A DNA stretch of 64,000 nt from Nitrosopumilus sp. (GCA_965223425.1 CBDCWS010000001.1:1-64000); one strand, 5' to 3'. Counted from the first letter of the stretch, positions 30,301 through 40,091 are shown. Made by a program: numbers and translations. The notes: generated by a model from the sequence alone, not told the origin.

Positions 30301-33300
30301 CCAAACGCAGAATGAGTTTAGAAAGTTTCTTGACAGTTTAGACCCGGACGAAGGGTTCTTTGACTTACAGGAAGTGCTAACGGGTGTGCCTATTGACGAA
30401 TCGAATGTAGACTTGTTCAGTGGTCGCGAGATACCCGTTATCCAACCGCGTAGCCAACTTGATACCCAAGCGTATATTGAGCCGGGACGGTTCTATCGGG
30501 TATCCCATGAGAATGAGAACCCGTTTAAGTTGCGGTCTGCGGATTGGGAGGCGACAAATGCTTTCGCTACCCATTTAGGTGCGATAATAGATTGGGGCTA
30601 TGGCGAAGAAATTAGTTTAGACGACTACCCTGAATTAAAAACGATTGATACAGACAAGATAGTGCGGAATTTATCGAGTATACATGATTGGCTGACCATT
30701 CCTAAAGAGTTGCCCTCTGATTTTGTGGGTGACGCGTTTGGCGATTTCGTAGCGAGTTATGAAGGTGAATATGTTGCGGATCAGACGCTTTCTTATCCGT
30801 ATGAGGGTGACACCCATTTACGGCGTGAAGGTATTTACGCATTTCCTGATATACAAGACGCATTGGGCTATGCGCGTGGTGGTGCAACCACCCCGAAACG
30901 ACCGATACTCTCTGTATTAGAAGGGGTGTTTACGGCACTATCGGACGATAACTTCGATCAGTTAGCCATGCAACAGGGTGTCCCGCAAGACGAATTATCG
31001 GATATGTTTGAAATAGGACGCACGCATGGGGATATGGGCGAAGTGGTGATACAGCCTGAACGGTTGTTAGGACGTTATGATTTAAGCCTATTTAGCGGTA
31101 AGACGGAACCGGTAATGTTGCCGTCAGGACTTATGGCTGCTGAACACATGACTGAACATTTGCCTGCTGTTCAGCAAGCCGGTGTTTTACGTCCTGCGAT
31201 ACGGTCAGGTCAATCGCAACTCTCAACGACAGGGTTACACCGATTTGAGCGTGCGAATGAGGTTACATATTTTGCTGATTTTCCGAGTTATCGTCAGACA
31301 TGGGATTCATGGAGCGCGAAAGGCGGACAGCCTGAAGGCTTTGCGTTTGACCCTGAAGTATTATTTAACGAATTCAACGCTATGCTGTTTAATCGTGACG
31401 AACAGAAGTTTGCTGTGACGGCATACGGGCATTTAAAAGACACATTAGAAGATTACCAGCAGTTTGAATGGGATCAGGATATTTACCCCAGTCGCTTGCC
31501 TAAAGATTTACAATCACCCACCCAGTTTTTCGGCATTGTGCATGGTATAGGCGATTTCCTTGACGAGAATAACGAAGTTACTGAAGGCTATATGCATGAC
31601 TATCTCCAACAGGCACGCAACGCGTATGAGCAAGAGTTTGAGTCGCTTATGTTGCGGGGTCAAGACGCTTTGGGGTATTTGGGCAAGCGTTCTGAAACGT
31701 ATAGGCAAACAGGCGAACTACCTTCACAGGTAGCAGAGATACTCGTGCCAGACGATATACCGGTAAGCCGTGCGTATGGTGTGTTTGACGAGGGTAGATT
31801 GCAACTTATGAGCGGTAAAGGGGACGAGGATATTAATGCCGCGCTCAATGATATAGCCAATGAGATTGATAGTGCCGAGCAAGTGGACTTTGAGGATTAT
31901 TCGCCAGCGGAATTTGAACGTTCAGCGTTTGAGGGTGCGGAAGTCGCGAAGCCTACGGGTCAAGCCAGTCCGTTTGATTTTACACCTGAACAGCGGGCTG
32001 CGATTGAACACGGGACGGGACGCGGTCTGGTTGTCGCTGGACCGGGTTCGGGTAAGACGGCAGTGTTGCGTGAGCGTATGTTGAACCTCGTTCAGAGCGA
32101 GGGTGTTGACCCACAACGGATATTGACGCTTGCGTTCAATAAAAAGGCTGAACAAGAATTGATAAAACGCTCCCGTGATATTGGTAAAGTCCAAATTAAG
32201 ACAATTCACGGGTTTGCTAACCGGATAATTAGAGAGAACATTGACGCACTCGGCTTTGAGTATACACCGCAAGTCGCAGAAGAAGAAGACCAGTTTAAGA
32301 ACTTTACCTATCGCCTTATGGCACAAGAGTCCAAAACAGGACAGGTTAATCAGACTATACTCAACGAAGTTATCAGCGAAGTAGACCGCGCACGTGCGGG
32401 TGTAACGCAAGGTCTATTTGATCCAAGTGTATTGGCGGGTGAGGCGAAACGTTTTGCTATCGCTTATGAAACTTTTAAGACGGATAACCAACTCATTGAT
32501 TTCCAAGATATGCTTATCCATACAGCGAACCTCTTGGAAACCCGCCCTGATATTGCTGAACGCTACAGAAGCCGATTTGATTATGTCCAAGTAGACGAAT
32601 TCCAAGACGTATCTCAAGTGGATTATCGCTACCTTAGCCAGTTAGGTGAAAATATCCTTGCTGTCGGTGACGACGACCAGACTATTTTCGGATTCCGTTC
32701 AGGTGCGGGTCAGGTCATGCAGGAATTTGCGGATACAGCGACACAATATAATATAACTGAAAACTTCCGCTCAACGCAGAATATCGTTGATTTATCCAAA
32801 CAACTCATTGAGGGCGCGCAGTCACCGCGATTGGCTAAAGACTTGTTCTCACGTGGTGAAATGGGAGTAGGTGTTAAGCCCACATTTGTCCCCTCAACCC
32901 CCGCTAATTTGTTTGACGAACTGGATAAACAACTGCCTCCCGATAGAGAAACGGCTATCCTTGTTAGAACGAATGACGAAGTGCGTGCGTTATGGAACAA
33001 AATGCCCGAAGCAATGCAGAAACGGGTAGCGACTGTCCAAACTATGCACTCTGTGAAAGGACTGGAATTTGACCGTGTTATTGTGCTAATGAACTCATTG
33101 GCAAGTGGTGGTGGACTCTACCGTTCCTTCCCTTCACTTCAGAATGCGGAAACATTGGCAGAAGACCTTGAGGAAGAACGCAGACTGCTCTATGTTGCCA
33201 TGACCCGTGCGAAAGAAGAACTTATCCTAATGGGGCATGAGTCGCATTTTATGCCTGAACTTGGGTTTGCACAGGCAGATCAGCCTGCTCCGATAAAGCC

Positions 33301-35098
33301 TGTCCTTAAAGACGCTGCGAAAGCAAGCAGACAGGTTCGCAGAAATACAGGCAGCCTGTTTGACCGACTCCGCGCACGTTATCAGCGTGTTCGCACCTAC
33401 CAAGATTTAGTGTCTATGGAAAAATCGGGTAGAGTGCCTATCGGTGAAGTCATTGAGAACCTCACTGCTACCCAAGTCCATAGAGAGAAGATAGAAGTGC
33501 TTGGCGAACAAATAGGGCTTAGACCGCGTAGACGTGACCGTAGGGCGCGTCGTCCGCGTTTCCTTGATAGATTGCTCACACTTCCCGCACGCACAGGACA
33601 GATAAAGGCGTTAGGTATCGCTGGTGCTGGATTAGCGGATTTAGCGACTGTTGACCCGTTTCTTGCTGGCGGTGTCGGCATATCAGGGTTTGTCGGCTCT
33701 AAATTGGGTAGGCTTATAGACGAGGCGTTGTATCCGCTTGCCCGTAGACCCGAACAGCAGTTGTTCTATGAACAGCTACACCGCCCGCTTCCTGACGCGG
33801 TGCGCGGTGCGTTGCCTGAAGGCGTTGATCCCACAGGGTTTAGGCATATTGAATCCCGACTTGCTGATCCGTTCAGAGAAGAATTCTATGAGTTTCCGCA
33901 CCCCGCAGAAGGTTGGGAAGGCGATCAATCGCAACGTCCGCTCTATGACGAAGCTGGCAACTTCATGAACCGTATATCAGAGGCAGAGGCAGAAGCACTT
34001 GGTGAACAGGGACGGTTGAGTAGGCTGGATACGTTTATTGACACGTCTACAGCAAGTGCGAATGTGGGTATAACGCCTTATGACCCGATTGGTGGCGACC
34101 CTTACCGCAGACCGCGTGTGCCACGAGAGCCAGACGCACTACAAGCTGCTATCCAAGAACATTTCACCGAATGGCGTGGTTTTCTTGAACAGAGCCGTGG
34201 TAGTGTGCGTCGTCCTTCTATATTCCGTAGTCCAAAGAACTGGCGTGCGTGGGGTAGACAGCATGGTAGACTCACAAGAGGGCTTGATCGGTTTGCGGGG
34301 CGTGGCTTTGATTTGGGGCGTGCGAATAAATTGCTCGGACGGCTGAATAGAGAGAATATCGGCTCACGCTTTGGTGGCGATACCTTTGAATTAGGTATGC
34401 AGACGACGCGTCTACAGAACGAAGTTATGGACGTGTTAGACGACGTGCTGAACCCCGCCAGCCCGTATTACGGTTCACCGACACAGATAATGGCGGGCGG
34501 ACGGCTACACGAACTGCCAGACGGCTCTATGGCAAGCGGTGACCCCGACCCGATATACACCGAAGGGCGTGGGTATACACGGACACCTCGCACACCGATA
34601 CGCCAACGTATTGGTCAACGTGTTGGCGGTGCGTTCCGCAGAACCCCGCAGGCTGAAATGCTACAGAACCTTGGGCTCGTTATAGAGACGTTTGACGAAC
34701 TGGGTGAACGGGTGCGTATCGGTTCAGGTTCGTATTTAGGCAAGGGACGGTTCGGCACGGCACTACACAATCTTATTGAGAGTAGGGACGTGCTGCGTCA
34801 GTCCGACATTCAGCGATTGGGGGCAGCCGACGGCTACCGCGACGGCTACCGGGAAAGCAATGACGGTCTGCATTTTGTTAGCGGATGCCTATTGAACGTC
34901 TTCGCTTGGCTGGTCATAGATAACCCCGCTGTGCCAGTTCCTGCGGGAAGGCTGATAGGGAGACCGCCGGCATACGTTCAGGCATACACCCAGTCCTACC
35001 AACAAACGATACAGGCAGAACGCACCAAATCTATGGGAGAAGGCTGCCTGATCAACGCAACGGTTGTATTTTGCCTGATGCCTGTGTTTATTTTTTAA
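27272..35098 (+). CDS. Giant polyvalent-type protein fragment: repeated ART-like domains, UvrD/PcrA SF1 helicase, trypsin-like stub; both ends chimeric
   Basis: UvrD motifs ~31980-33235 (AGPGSGKT, LAFN, DEFQD, VGDDDQTIFGFR, ENFRS, TMHSVKGLEF, EERRLLYVAMTRAK); GSG...TALH near 34720. Confidence 0.75.
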   Translation: MSTASRINSERVLPVIVIILFSSYDPEASQVKFAEQGGLPVMYQTREGIAPHPWETTGGQPPIAVASTVDELVKQLPTDFDLESRPSLMFVKGQQAIHGWMEDGFSVIADSVVEHLPSDLMSFFGERLGGAGVSTQKHGIYRYGRTGEFYQKMGSLFADYETRMGSRVEGDTTVDTTWELGNVEKRLRGYVDDLIDMRSGGTGDRSYFERVLNDAFAAIPEQNYPRLDALREAHGDLSHMYMLLRGHDATVREGYYDNPLDEVLKGIEGGGFKTKMSRDYYLKYLEAEESGFYRDASKLETTDAMFWERWNVENVVEQAGKKIYDDFTKLGFRDLASNFIPDIPFGAIDVIEPEFMPRVALASQAFEKNQGWTRVMENIVSGFKKGSDDYDMFTGDLDSFLVYLQEYSDPMSGFEGHYVLSDESVAAFRKYVEDADTAGYLAQDVFMPEGYRYDAPRGPAVPVPLISESAEGLAQFPHIRDLAVREYYQSTEADDLSWIRQRLPDEDMEALKQIDKWARESDVFFRITVPEDDLTAGGSFDIKSESVAHIVTQLGHDLGSHTLETAAKYLADMTGRQYGTGRGSGLSLAEGYVYSAATPEELYNATGGQNWGPELVAFRGEHHPLGISPHATVVKSQEILGRFGSDLVSLYQQKIYEFGMYSRGTDFSASSQHDLSNIFTQLETRAEQVPRAELLKDFVSSQLEGLELIGDTGVDPAIRQRRAAGFMADFDKLLTERHDIQLLSGQDFSQPSMDLIDFNEYTGIEGQENVFWRRINRADTLESMLTGFGEIVSSDDNLTTFINADLPFLLQTDFDNAVNAVDDYDMIGSEDIFKIDWREFLPPEFSDASNLRNMGDYNRPDFYRTGLFSLPTLDTLRTYFERVPNMNLAPVEHDIIAFRGQPVASHFQSNLMVDPLEASNRDLPFNFVNPLELVAEPEEVLGRWGGIIPDFVDRGINSRVAGIHTALTTFLEQGGLDLQREVARRIGVQQPDRIGREVSNMRSHYFDVLDQTQNEFRKFLDSLDPDEGFFDLQEVLTGVPIDESNVDLFSGREIPVIQPRSQLDTQAYIEPGRFYRVSHENENPFKLRSADWEATNAFATHLGAIIDWGYGEEISLDDYPELKTIDTDKIVRNLSSIHDWLTIPKELPSDFVGDAFGDFVASYEGEYVADQTLSYPYEGDTHLRREGIYAFPDIQDALGYARGGATTPKRPILSVLEGVFTALSDDNFDQLAMQQGVPQDELSDMFEIGRTHGDMGEVVIQPERLLGRYDLSLFSGKTEPVMLPSGLMAAEHMTEHLPAVQQAGVLRPAIRSGQSQLSTTGLHRFERANEVTYFADFPSYRQTWDSWSAKGGQPEGFAFDPEVLFNEFNAMLFNRDEQKFAVTAYGHLKDTLEDYQQFEWDQDIYPSRLPKDLQSPTQFFGIVHGIGDFLDENNEVTEGYMHDYLQQARNAYEQEFESLMLRGQDALGYLGKRSETYRQTGELPSQVAEILVPDDIPVSRAYGVFDEGRLQLMSGKGDEDINAALNDIANEIDSAEQVDFEDYSPAEFERSAFEGAEVAKPTGQASPFDFTPEQRAAIEHGTGRGLVVAGPGSGKTAVLRERMLNLVQSEGVDPQRILTLAFNKKAEQELIKRSRDIGKVQIKTIHGFANRIIRENIDALGFEYTPQVAEEEDQFKNFTYRLMAQESKTGQVNQTILNEVISEVDRARAGVTQGLFDPSVLAGEAKRFAIAYETFKTDNQLIDFQDMLIHTANLLETRPDIAERYRSRFDYVQVDEFQDVSQVDYRYLSQLGENILAVGDDDQTIFGFRSGAGQVMQEFADTATQYNITENFRSTQNIVDLSKQLIEGAQSPRLAKDLFSRGEMGVGVKPTFVPSTPANLFDELDKQLPPDRETAILVRTNDEVRALWNKMPEAMQKRVATVQTMHSVKGLEFDRVIVLMNSLASGGGLYRSFPSLQNAETLAEDLEEERRLLYVAMTRAKEELILMGHESHFMPELGFAQADQPAPIKPVLKDAAKASRQVRRNTGSLFDRLRARYQRVRTYQDLVSMEKSGRVPIGEVIENLTATQVHREKIEVLGEQIGLRPRRRDRRARRPRFLDRLLTLPARTGQIKALGIAGAGLADLATVDPFLAGGVGISGFVGSKLGRLIDEALYPLARRPEQQLFYEQLHRPLPDAVRGALPEGVDPTGFRHIESRLADPFREEFYEFPHPAEGWEGDQSQRPLYDEAGNFMNRISEAEAEALGEQGRLSRLDTFIDTSTASANVGITPYDPIGGDPYRRPRVPREPDALQAAIQEHFTEWRGFLEQSRGSVRRPSIFRSPKNWRAWGRQHGRLTRGLDRFAGRGFDLGRANKLLGRLNRENIGSRFGGDTFELGMQTTRLQNEVMDVLDDVLNPASPYYGSPTQIMAGGRLHELPDGSMASGDPDPIYTEGRGYTRTPRTPIRQRIGQRVGGAFRRTPQAEMLQNLGLVIETFDELGERVRIGSGSYLGKGRFGTALHNLIESRDVLRQSDIQRLGAADGYRDGYRESNDGLHFVSGCLLNVFAWLVIDNPAVPVPAGRLIGRPPAYVQAYTQSYQQTIQAERTKSMGEGCLINATVVFCLMPVFIF

Positions 35099-35127
35099 TT
35101 GACATTCAAGTGTGGAGGTGCTATAAT
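35099..35127 (+). promoter_or_regulatory. Consensus sigma70 promoter of module B
   Basis: TTGACA-N17-TATAAT. Confidence 0.8.
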
Positions 35128-35134
35128 TTCTTAA

Positions 35135-35468
35135 TAGCAGTGGGCAATCTTTGCCCACCGGACGCACGGTTGAGTAGCTACTTCCGAGCGTCAAACTTAA
35201 ACCTCTTTATCTTGCGGTTTGAGTAGGTGTATACGGTTTGCGGGTGGTGCGTCTCTTAGGCGCGCCCCCTAACAACCAACAACACAGACCAACCCAAGAG
35301 ATAATACAAACAACACCTACAGCCGAAACGAGCAAGATATAAGCGGTTGAGAGTCCCTCACCACAATCCAGCACGATTCGCTATTGGTCACACTCTCTCC
35401 TTCATATCTGCTGTAAACATTTCTCTGATAAAATTATCAGGGAATTAGCAAGGGAGATTTTTTGATCA
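35135..35468 (+). ncRNA. Conserved structured RNA or long leader, copy B
   Basis: Homologous to 13537-13858. Confidence 0.65.
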
Positions 35469-36170
35469 ATGCGCAGTAAACACATTTCAGATATTATATC
35501 CCCAAGCATAAGTATAGAGATAGACGATCCGAATGAGAACGGCACAGGTACGGGTTCAGATCTCCTCATAAGACTGAAAGCTTTGACGGACGAATACGCT
35601 GAGAATCCTGAGAATAAGCCTTTTCTTGAGCACGCTTACAAGCGAGACGTGTTTTGCGAAAGGGCGAAGCGTGTGCTACGTAAGGCTGGTCGCCCAACCG
35701 TTGAGGAGTTGAATTATTGCTTTCCGCAGTATGATCACACAGAGTATATTAAGCAGTGTGAGGTAAAAGAAAAGCAGCGACAGGGCATTTCGGTAGAGGC
35801 TGACGTGCCTAAGCGAGAAAAGCACCGTTTTGAGCAGTTGCACTTTGCTGCAGTTACCCCGCAAGCACTTGAAGTGTTTATTAAGCATGGCTTATCGGCA
35901 AGTGATTGTGAGGTATATATATTTCTCGCCACACACCTTACTTTGGCAACAGGTATGACCAATCCCTATTCGCGCAACAAACTCGCTGGCGAAATACTTG
36001 ATTTGCATAGAACCACTATCTGGCGGTCGCTAAATAGGTTGGAAGCGGTGGACTTGATAATACCGCAGGGCGCACCTGAAAATAACGATACGTCCATTCG
36101 GTGGGAGGTTGCATACGTCGCTGATCAGTACGCATTGTATCTCAAAGAGCGGAAAAAAGGTGCTAACTGA
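35469..36170 (+). CDS. Module B gene 1: putative Rep-like winged-HTH protein
   Basis: Paralog of 13859-14809; SRNKLAGEILDLHRTTIWRSLNRLEAVDLI. Confidence 0.65.
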   Translation: MRSKHISDIISPSISIEIDDPNENGTGTGSDLLIRLKALTDEYAENPENKPFLEHAYKRDVFCERAKRVLRKAGRPTVEELNYCFPQYDHTEYIKQCEVKEKQRQGISVEADVPKREKHRFEQLHFAAVTPQALEVFIKHGLSASDCEVYIFLATHLTLATGMTNPYSRNKLAGEILDLHRTTIWRSLNRLEAVDLIIPQGAPENNDTSIRWEVAYVADQYALYLKERKKGAN

Positions 36171-36357
36171 AAACACTAATACTTATTGCCTTGAACAGAA
36201 GCGGGGGGTGAAGCCGAAGGCGAGGGGGGTGATAGCACCCAACGCCTAAAGGCGTGGGCTTCGGTTTCATAGCGACTGCGGTTTTCTCTTTGAGATTACC
36301 GTCTTATTATCGCTCCACCAGCGGGCATTTTGCTTGCAAGAAACAAGGTTATGATAT

Positions 36358-37479
36358 TTAGGTTACCGCTATCCCTGCCCGCAATATATTTATCGCAGCG
36401 TTGATGTCTCTATCGTGGTGTGAACCACATTCGGGACATATCCACTGCCTATCGTTCAGAGAAAGATTATCGTTTTTGTAGCCACAATCCGAACACGGTT
36501 TCGTTGTGGCAGTCCATTGACTAACTTGGCGCAACTCACGCTTATGTTTGATACACTTATAATTCAGAATCTCAACAAATTGGTAGAAGGCAAGGTCGGA
36601 GACCTTACGTCCCCAAAGGCGTTTCAGGTTTCCGTCAAGATTCAGTGTTTCAAGAACAATCACGTCAAACTTCTTACACAGATATGTCGCAAGTTTATAG
36701 TGAAAGTCTTTGCGTTGATTGGCAATATGCCTATAGAACCGTGCGAGTTGTCTAACCGCACGCCACCAACCACCAGAACCTTTTTGTTTACGGCTAAGGG
36801 TCCTGTTGAGTTTGCGAAGTTTGCTCAAGGAGTGCTTCAACGGTTGTCGGTGTTGTATTTTCTCACCCGTGCTAAGTGTCAAGTATGCATCTTTCATACC
36901 GAAGTCTGCCCCAACGCTCTGACTTGTTGTCGGTAGAGGTTCAGTATCCGTGAAGTTAGTTGTGATATACAGCCAATAGTCACCGCAAGTATCACGTTTT
37001 ATTGTGATCGTTCTTATATCACCTTTCCACTCGCGGTGCTTGAAAAAGGTATACGGGACTCTATCAAATGTCCACTCGCACGTATCAGGATTCCATTTAC
37101 GCAACGTGACGGTGATACGGTTATTCGTTATCTTCCACCCCGATTGCCCGCGAAGTGTGATAGATTTAAACTTATGTCGCTTTTTGATTTTCGGTCTGCC
37201 GCCCAGTCTATTGAAAAAACGCTGATAGGCTGCGTCAATACGCTTAAGTTCTTCTTGAATCGCTTGGGACGGCAACACGTTCCAATGTGGGTGCAGGGTT
37301 CGCTTCAACTCTGTCAATTGCGCGCACATCGCACTATAGTTCGCATACGGCAAACCGTCTTTATAGCGTTGACGTTGCCACTTATGGAAATACTCATGCA
37401 CTTGCCACATATCGTCAAGCAAGTTGCCAATACGAATACAATTAGATTGACTGCCAAATTTATACTTATAGGTTTTCAT
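36358..37479 (-). CDS. tnpB: TnpB RNA-guided nuclease
   Basis: RuvC motifs GADFG, LETLN and DRDINAAINI; CSDC/CPEC zinc finger. Confidence 0.95.
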   Translation of the reverse strand: MKTYKYKFGSQSNCIRIGNLLDDMWQVHEYFHKWQRQRYKDGLPYANYSAMCAQLTELKRTLHPHWNVLPSQAIQEELKRIDAAYQRFFNRLGGRPKIKKRHKFKSITLRGQSGWKITNNRITVTLRKWNPDTCEWTFDRVPYTFFKHREWKGDIRTITIKRDTCGDYWLYITTNFTDTEPLPTTSQSVGADFGMKDAYLTLSTGEKIQHRQPLKHSLSKLRKLNRTLSRKQKGSGGWWRAVRQLARFYRHIANQRKDFHYKLATYLCKKFDVIVLETLNLDGNLKRLWGRKVSDLAFYQFVEILNYKCIKHKRELRQVSQWTATTKPCSDCGYKNDNLSLNDRQWICPECGSHHDRDINAAINILRAGIAVT

Positions 37480-37482
37480 GGT

Positions 37483-37572
37483 ATATCAAGTATTAAGCCG
37501 GTAACCCCTTTCCAGTGGGTAGGCAGACACGCCACCAAGCGGGGACGCTGGAAATGTCTGCCAACTTGATAC
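37483..37572 (-). ncRNA. tnpB 5' leader structured RNA, copy 2
   Basis: Near-identical to copy 1. Confidence 0.7.
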
Positions 37573-37683
37573 AATAATTATACTACAATCTTACCTAAAA
37601 GTCAAATCTTTTTTGACATAATTAACGCCAATAGCGGGCTTATATCCCAAAGCTAAAGCAGTCGGCTTTACGCCCGAAGTCCC

Positions 37684-37970
37684 GTAAGACCCCCCTTCTT
37701 TCTTAAGGATTTCATAAATTTATAGGGGTTTTGTAACTTAAATATGTTATATAATGTTAAGAGGGATTTAAGGGCTTACGAACCCACGTGTCACGCGGGT
37801 TCGTGAAATCGACTTGTGCAAGGTTGCACAAATCCGTGTCAGCCTGCACAAATCTGTGCAAGCCTGCACAGAATTATGAAAATCTGTGCAGATCTGCACA
37901 AGCCCCGTCTCACCTGACTTTGTTGGATATAAGTGACAAAAATGTTGTTTTTTGTGCGAATCTGCACAAA
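37684..37970. repeat. Origin-like cassette B with TGTGCA-N4-TGCACA palindromic iterons
   Basis: ACGAACCC/GGGTTCGT hairpin ~37778-37804; iterons at ~37815, 37835, 37855 (20-bp period), 37885 and ~37953. Confidence 0.72.
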
Positions 37971-38000
37971 GGTTTGTGTGTTAAAGATATAGGGGTTCTC

Positions 38001-38615
38001 ATGACGTATGATATGCCGGTGGATATTCAGGTATTGATTGATAATAGGTGCTCGGGAAGCACCTATGCGATTTATCTTTATATCAAGCACCGAATCCTTA
38101 AATCCGCGCAAGAGGTGGGACTAAGCCTTACAAAGATTAAGAGAGGCTATAACCCTGACGATTACGAAGGGTTGAGAGGGATCAGTAGAGACGATATTAG
38201 AAACAACACACGATACACGTTGATCCAAGTGAAACGCGCAATTACAAAACTTAAAGATTTAGAGCTTATTGTACCCGTCGTAGAGGACAACGAGCGTTAT
38301 TACTATTCTGTTCATTTCATACTACCCTTTATTACCGATAATCCGAAGTTATTTGAAATGCCTGAATTAATGAGTGTTCGCGAAACAGCCCGCGACACAT
38401 TTGGTTTGGAGTCCGACGATAACTACTATGTGTTCAGCCCTACAAATATTGAAAGACACTCTAAGTTTGACCCCAATGATTTTGAAGTTGTGCTGTGGCG
38501 CGACGAGGAAACGGATACCGACTGGCGCATTCGCCAATTTTCGTATCTCTACTATGGTCATAACAACCACACAGGATTCATTAGAATGCTCGCCAGTAGG
38601 CAACCCTTGCCGTAA
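38001..38615 (+). CDS. Module B gene 2: winged-HTH protein
   Basis: MTYDMPVDIQVLIDNRCSGS aligns with 15072; carries a C-terminal extension. Confidence 0.7.
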   Translation: MTYDMPVDIQVLIDNRCSGSTYAIYLYIKHRILKSAQEVGLSLTKIKRGYNPDDYEGLRGISRDDIRNNTRYTLIQVKRAITKLKDLELIVPVVEDNERYYYSVHFILPFITDNPKLFEMPELMSVRETARDTFGLESDDNYYVFSPTNIERHSKFDPNDFEVVLWRDEETDTDWRIRQFSYLYYGHNNHTGFIRMLASRQPLP

Positions 38616-38785
38616 AACAACAAACCTATTGCCAATTTTCCCACCCCGCCATCACTATATGTTGGGCAGCCCTGTGTTTAAACCTATCACACAAGGGCTG
38701 TCTTTTGGGGTAGCGGGCAATTGTAGTTAACTGAGGGTGGCCCTAATTTCCGATGGCAGTACAAACCTTTGCTTATCGCACGGCT

Positions 38786-39424
38786 TTAGTACCAGATGTA
38801 GTTAATCTTGAACCCAAGGGAATAGCCTGTAGTTTCTCCTTCATAAGCAGTATAGCCCGTATTAACACCAAAGAGTAGCAGAATACCCTCACCCAAGTCT
38901 TGATCGGTTACGTAAAAGTCATGAGTGCCGAAACTGAAATCTCCCTGTACAGTCCAGTTTTTCTTGAATTCATATCCAACACTAACACTGGCACCGTAAC
39001 CATCAACGAATTGGGAAACCTCATCTGAAAAATTTGGGAAATAGAAAGACACGGGCAAAGTTATATCGAAAAATAGGGAAGGTGCTGTCTTTTTTTGAAA
39101 AACTGTGATCCCAATACCCGTGGTCGTGAGTTTACTCACTTGAATCGACTGCGAAACGAGTAGTTGTTCGGTAAATCCCCAGCCAATTTTCAAGTTGCCC
39201 GCTGGGAATACCGTAGCGGCGATAGCATCATGATGAGTCTGCTCAAGCAACGGACCTGAAAAAAAACCCGCATCATACGTCCGAGCAGTCCACTCCTCAT
39301 CAGCAATAACTGGTGTCATACCAACACCAAGTTCAATGAAAGGTCCACGGCGACCACTGCATCCAACTATCAATAGTCCCAAGAGTGGCAACACTATCAA
39401 CATATACATGTTAGTCTTCATCAT
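38786..39424 (-). CDS. Lipoprotein or outer-membrane beta-barrel-like protein
   Basis: LIVGC lipobox, amphipathic strands, terminal aromatic residue; GAGGAG RBS. Confidence 0.65.
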   Translation of the reverse strand: MMKTNMYMLIVLPLLGLLIVGCSGRRGPFIELGVGMTPVIADEEWTARTYDAGFFSGPLLEQTHHDAIAATVFPAGNLKIGWGFTEQLLVSQSIQVSKLTTTGIGITVFQKKTAPSLFFDITLPVSFYFPNFSDEVSQFVDGYGASVSVGYEFKKNWTVQGDFSFGTHDFYVTDQDLGEGILLLFGVNTGYTAYEGETTGYSLGFKINYIWY

Positions 39425-39547
39425 TATTCCTCTCCTCTGCGTTAGACGCGAATATGTAGCACTTGTATACCGATTTTTAACTTCGCTCAGAAATAGGATT
39501 CAAATGGGAGGGTGTTATCTTCCATTCTTCCATGTTCTTCTGACATA

Positions 39548-39854
39548 ACTGAGGGTGGTTCACAAATAAAGTTGTGGTATGCCAGGGCGATCGCAGTTTT
39601 CAATGCAGCAAAAGCCGCTCGGAAAACTGCCATTGAACCGACGTTTGATTTACTCAGCAAACTCTTGGCAACCCAAGGGCAACATAAACCTTTACCCGTC
39701 AGCGGTCTGGCATCTGTAGCCACCTTTCTCGGACTCGGCGTTATGATTTTACAACTTGCAATGTTAATGAATGTTCGCTGGAAACTTCCTACGCGAAAGG
39801 TCATGCACATTAAAACTGTTTTTTAATAAAAAGGATTTATGAACCACCCTCAGT
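39548..39854. mobile_element. MITE or internally deleted IS
   Basis: IRs ACTGAGGGTGGTTCA(C/T)AAAT flanked by TA. Confidence 0.7.
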
Positions 39855-39857
39855 TAA

Positions 39858-40091
39858 CTAATATAGTGTCCCGTTTTTGATATATCTCATGACTCTATCG
39901 TGTTCTTCGGGATCACTATTTCTATCAGAAGGTATGTAGGCAAATGAACTGTTGCGTCTTGATTTAAGTATCCCTGCTCCAGTAATATATTTTTCGTGTT
40001 GTGCGTCAGCAGAAACGAATAAAACATTGGTGGAATGAAGGTAGTATAGATACTCAAAATCTCTTGCCCCAATCTTTTCGTTGTAAGTGTT
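39858..40091 (-). pseudogene. C-terminal fragment of a hypothetical protein (possibly PIN-like) next to a tnpB right end
   Basis: RDFEYLY...VLFVSAD pattern; begins at the RE junction. Confidence 0.35.

Larger units (their letters stand above)
36229..37683 (-). mobile_element. Complete non-autonomous IS200/IS605 (IS1341-like) tnpB element inserted 3' of TTAC
   Basis: LE hairpin after TTAC; RE GAAGCCCACGCCTTTAGGCGTTGGGTGCTATCAC; removing it restores the GAGGGGGTAAGACCCCC hairpin seen intact at ~14780. Confidence 0.9.
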
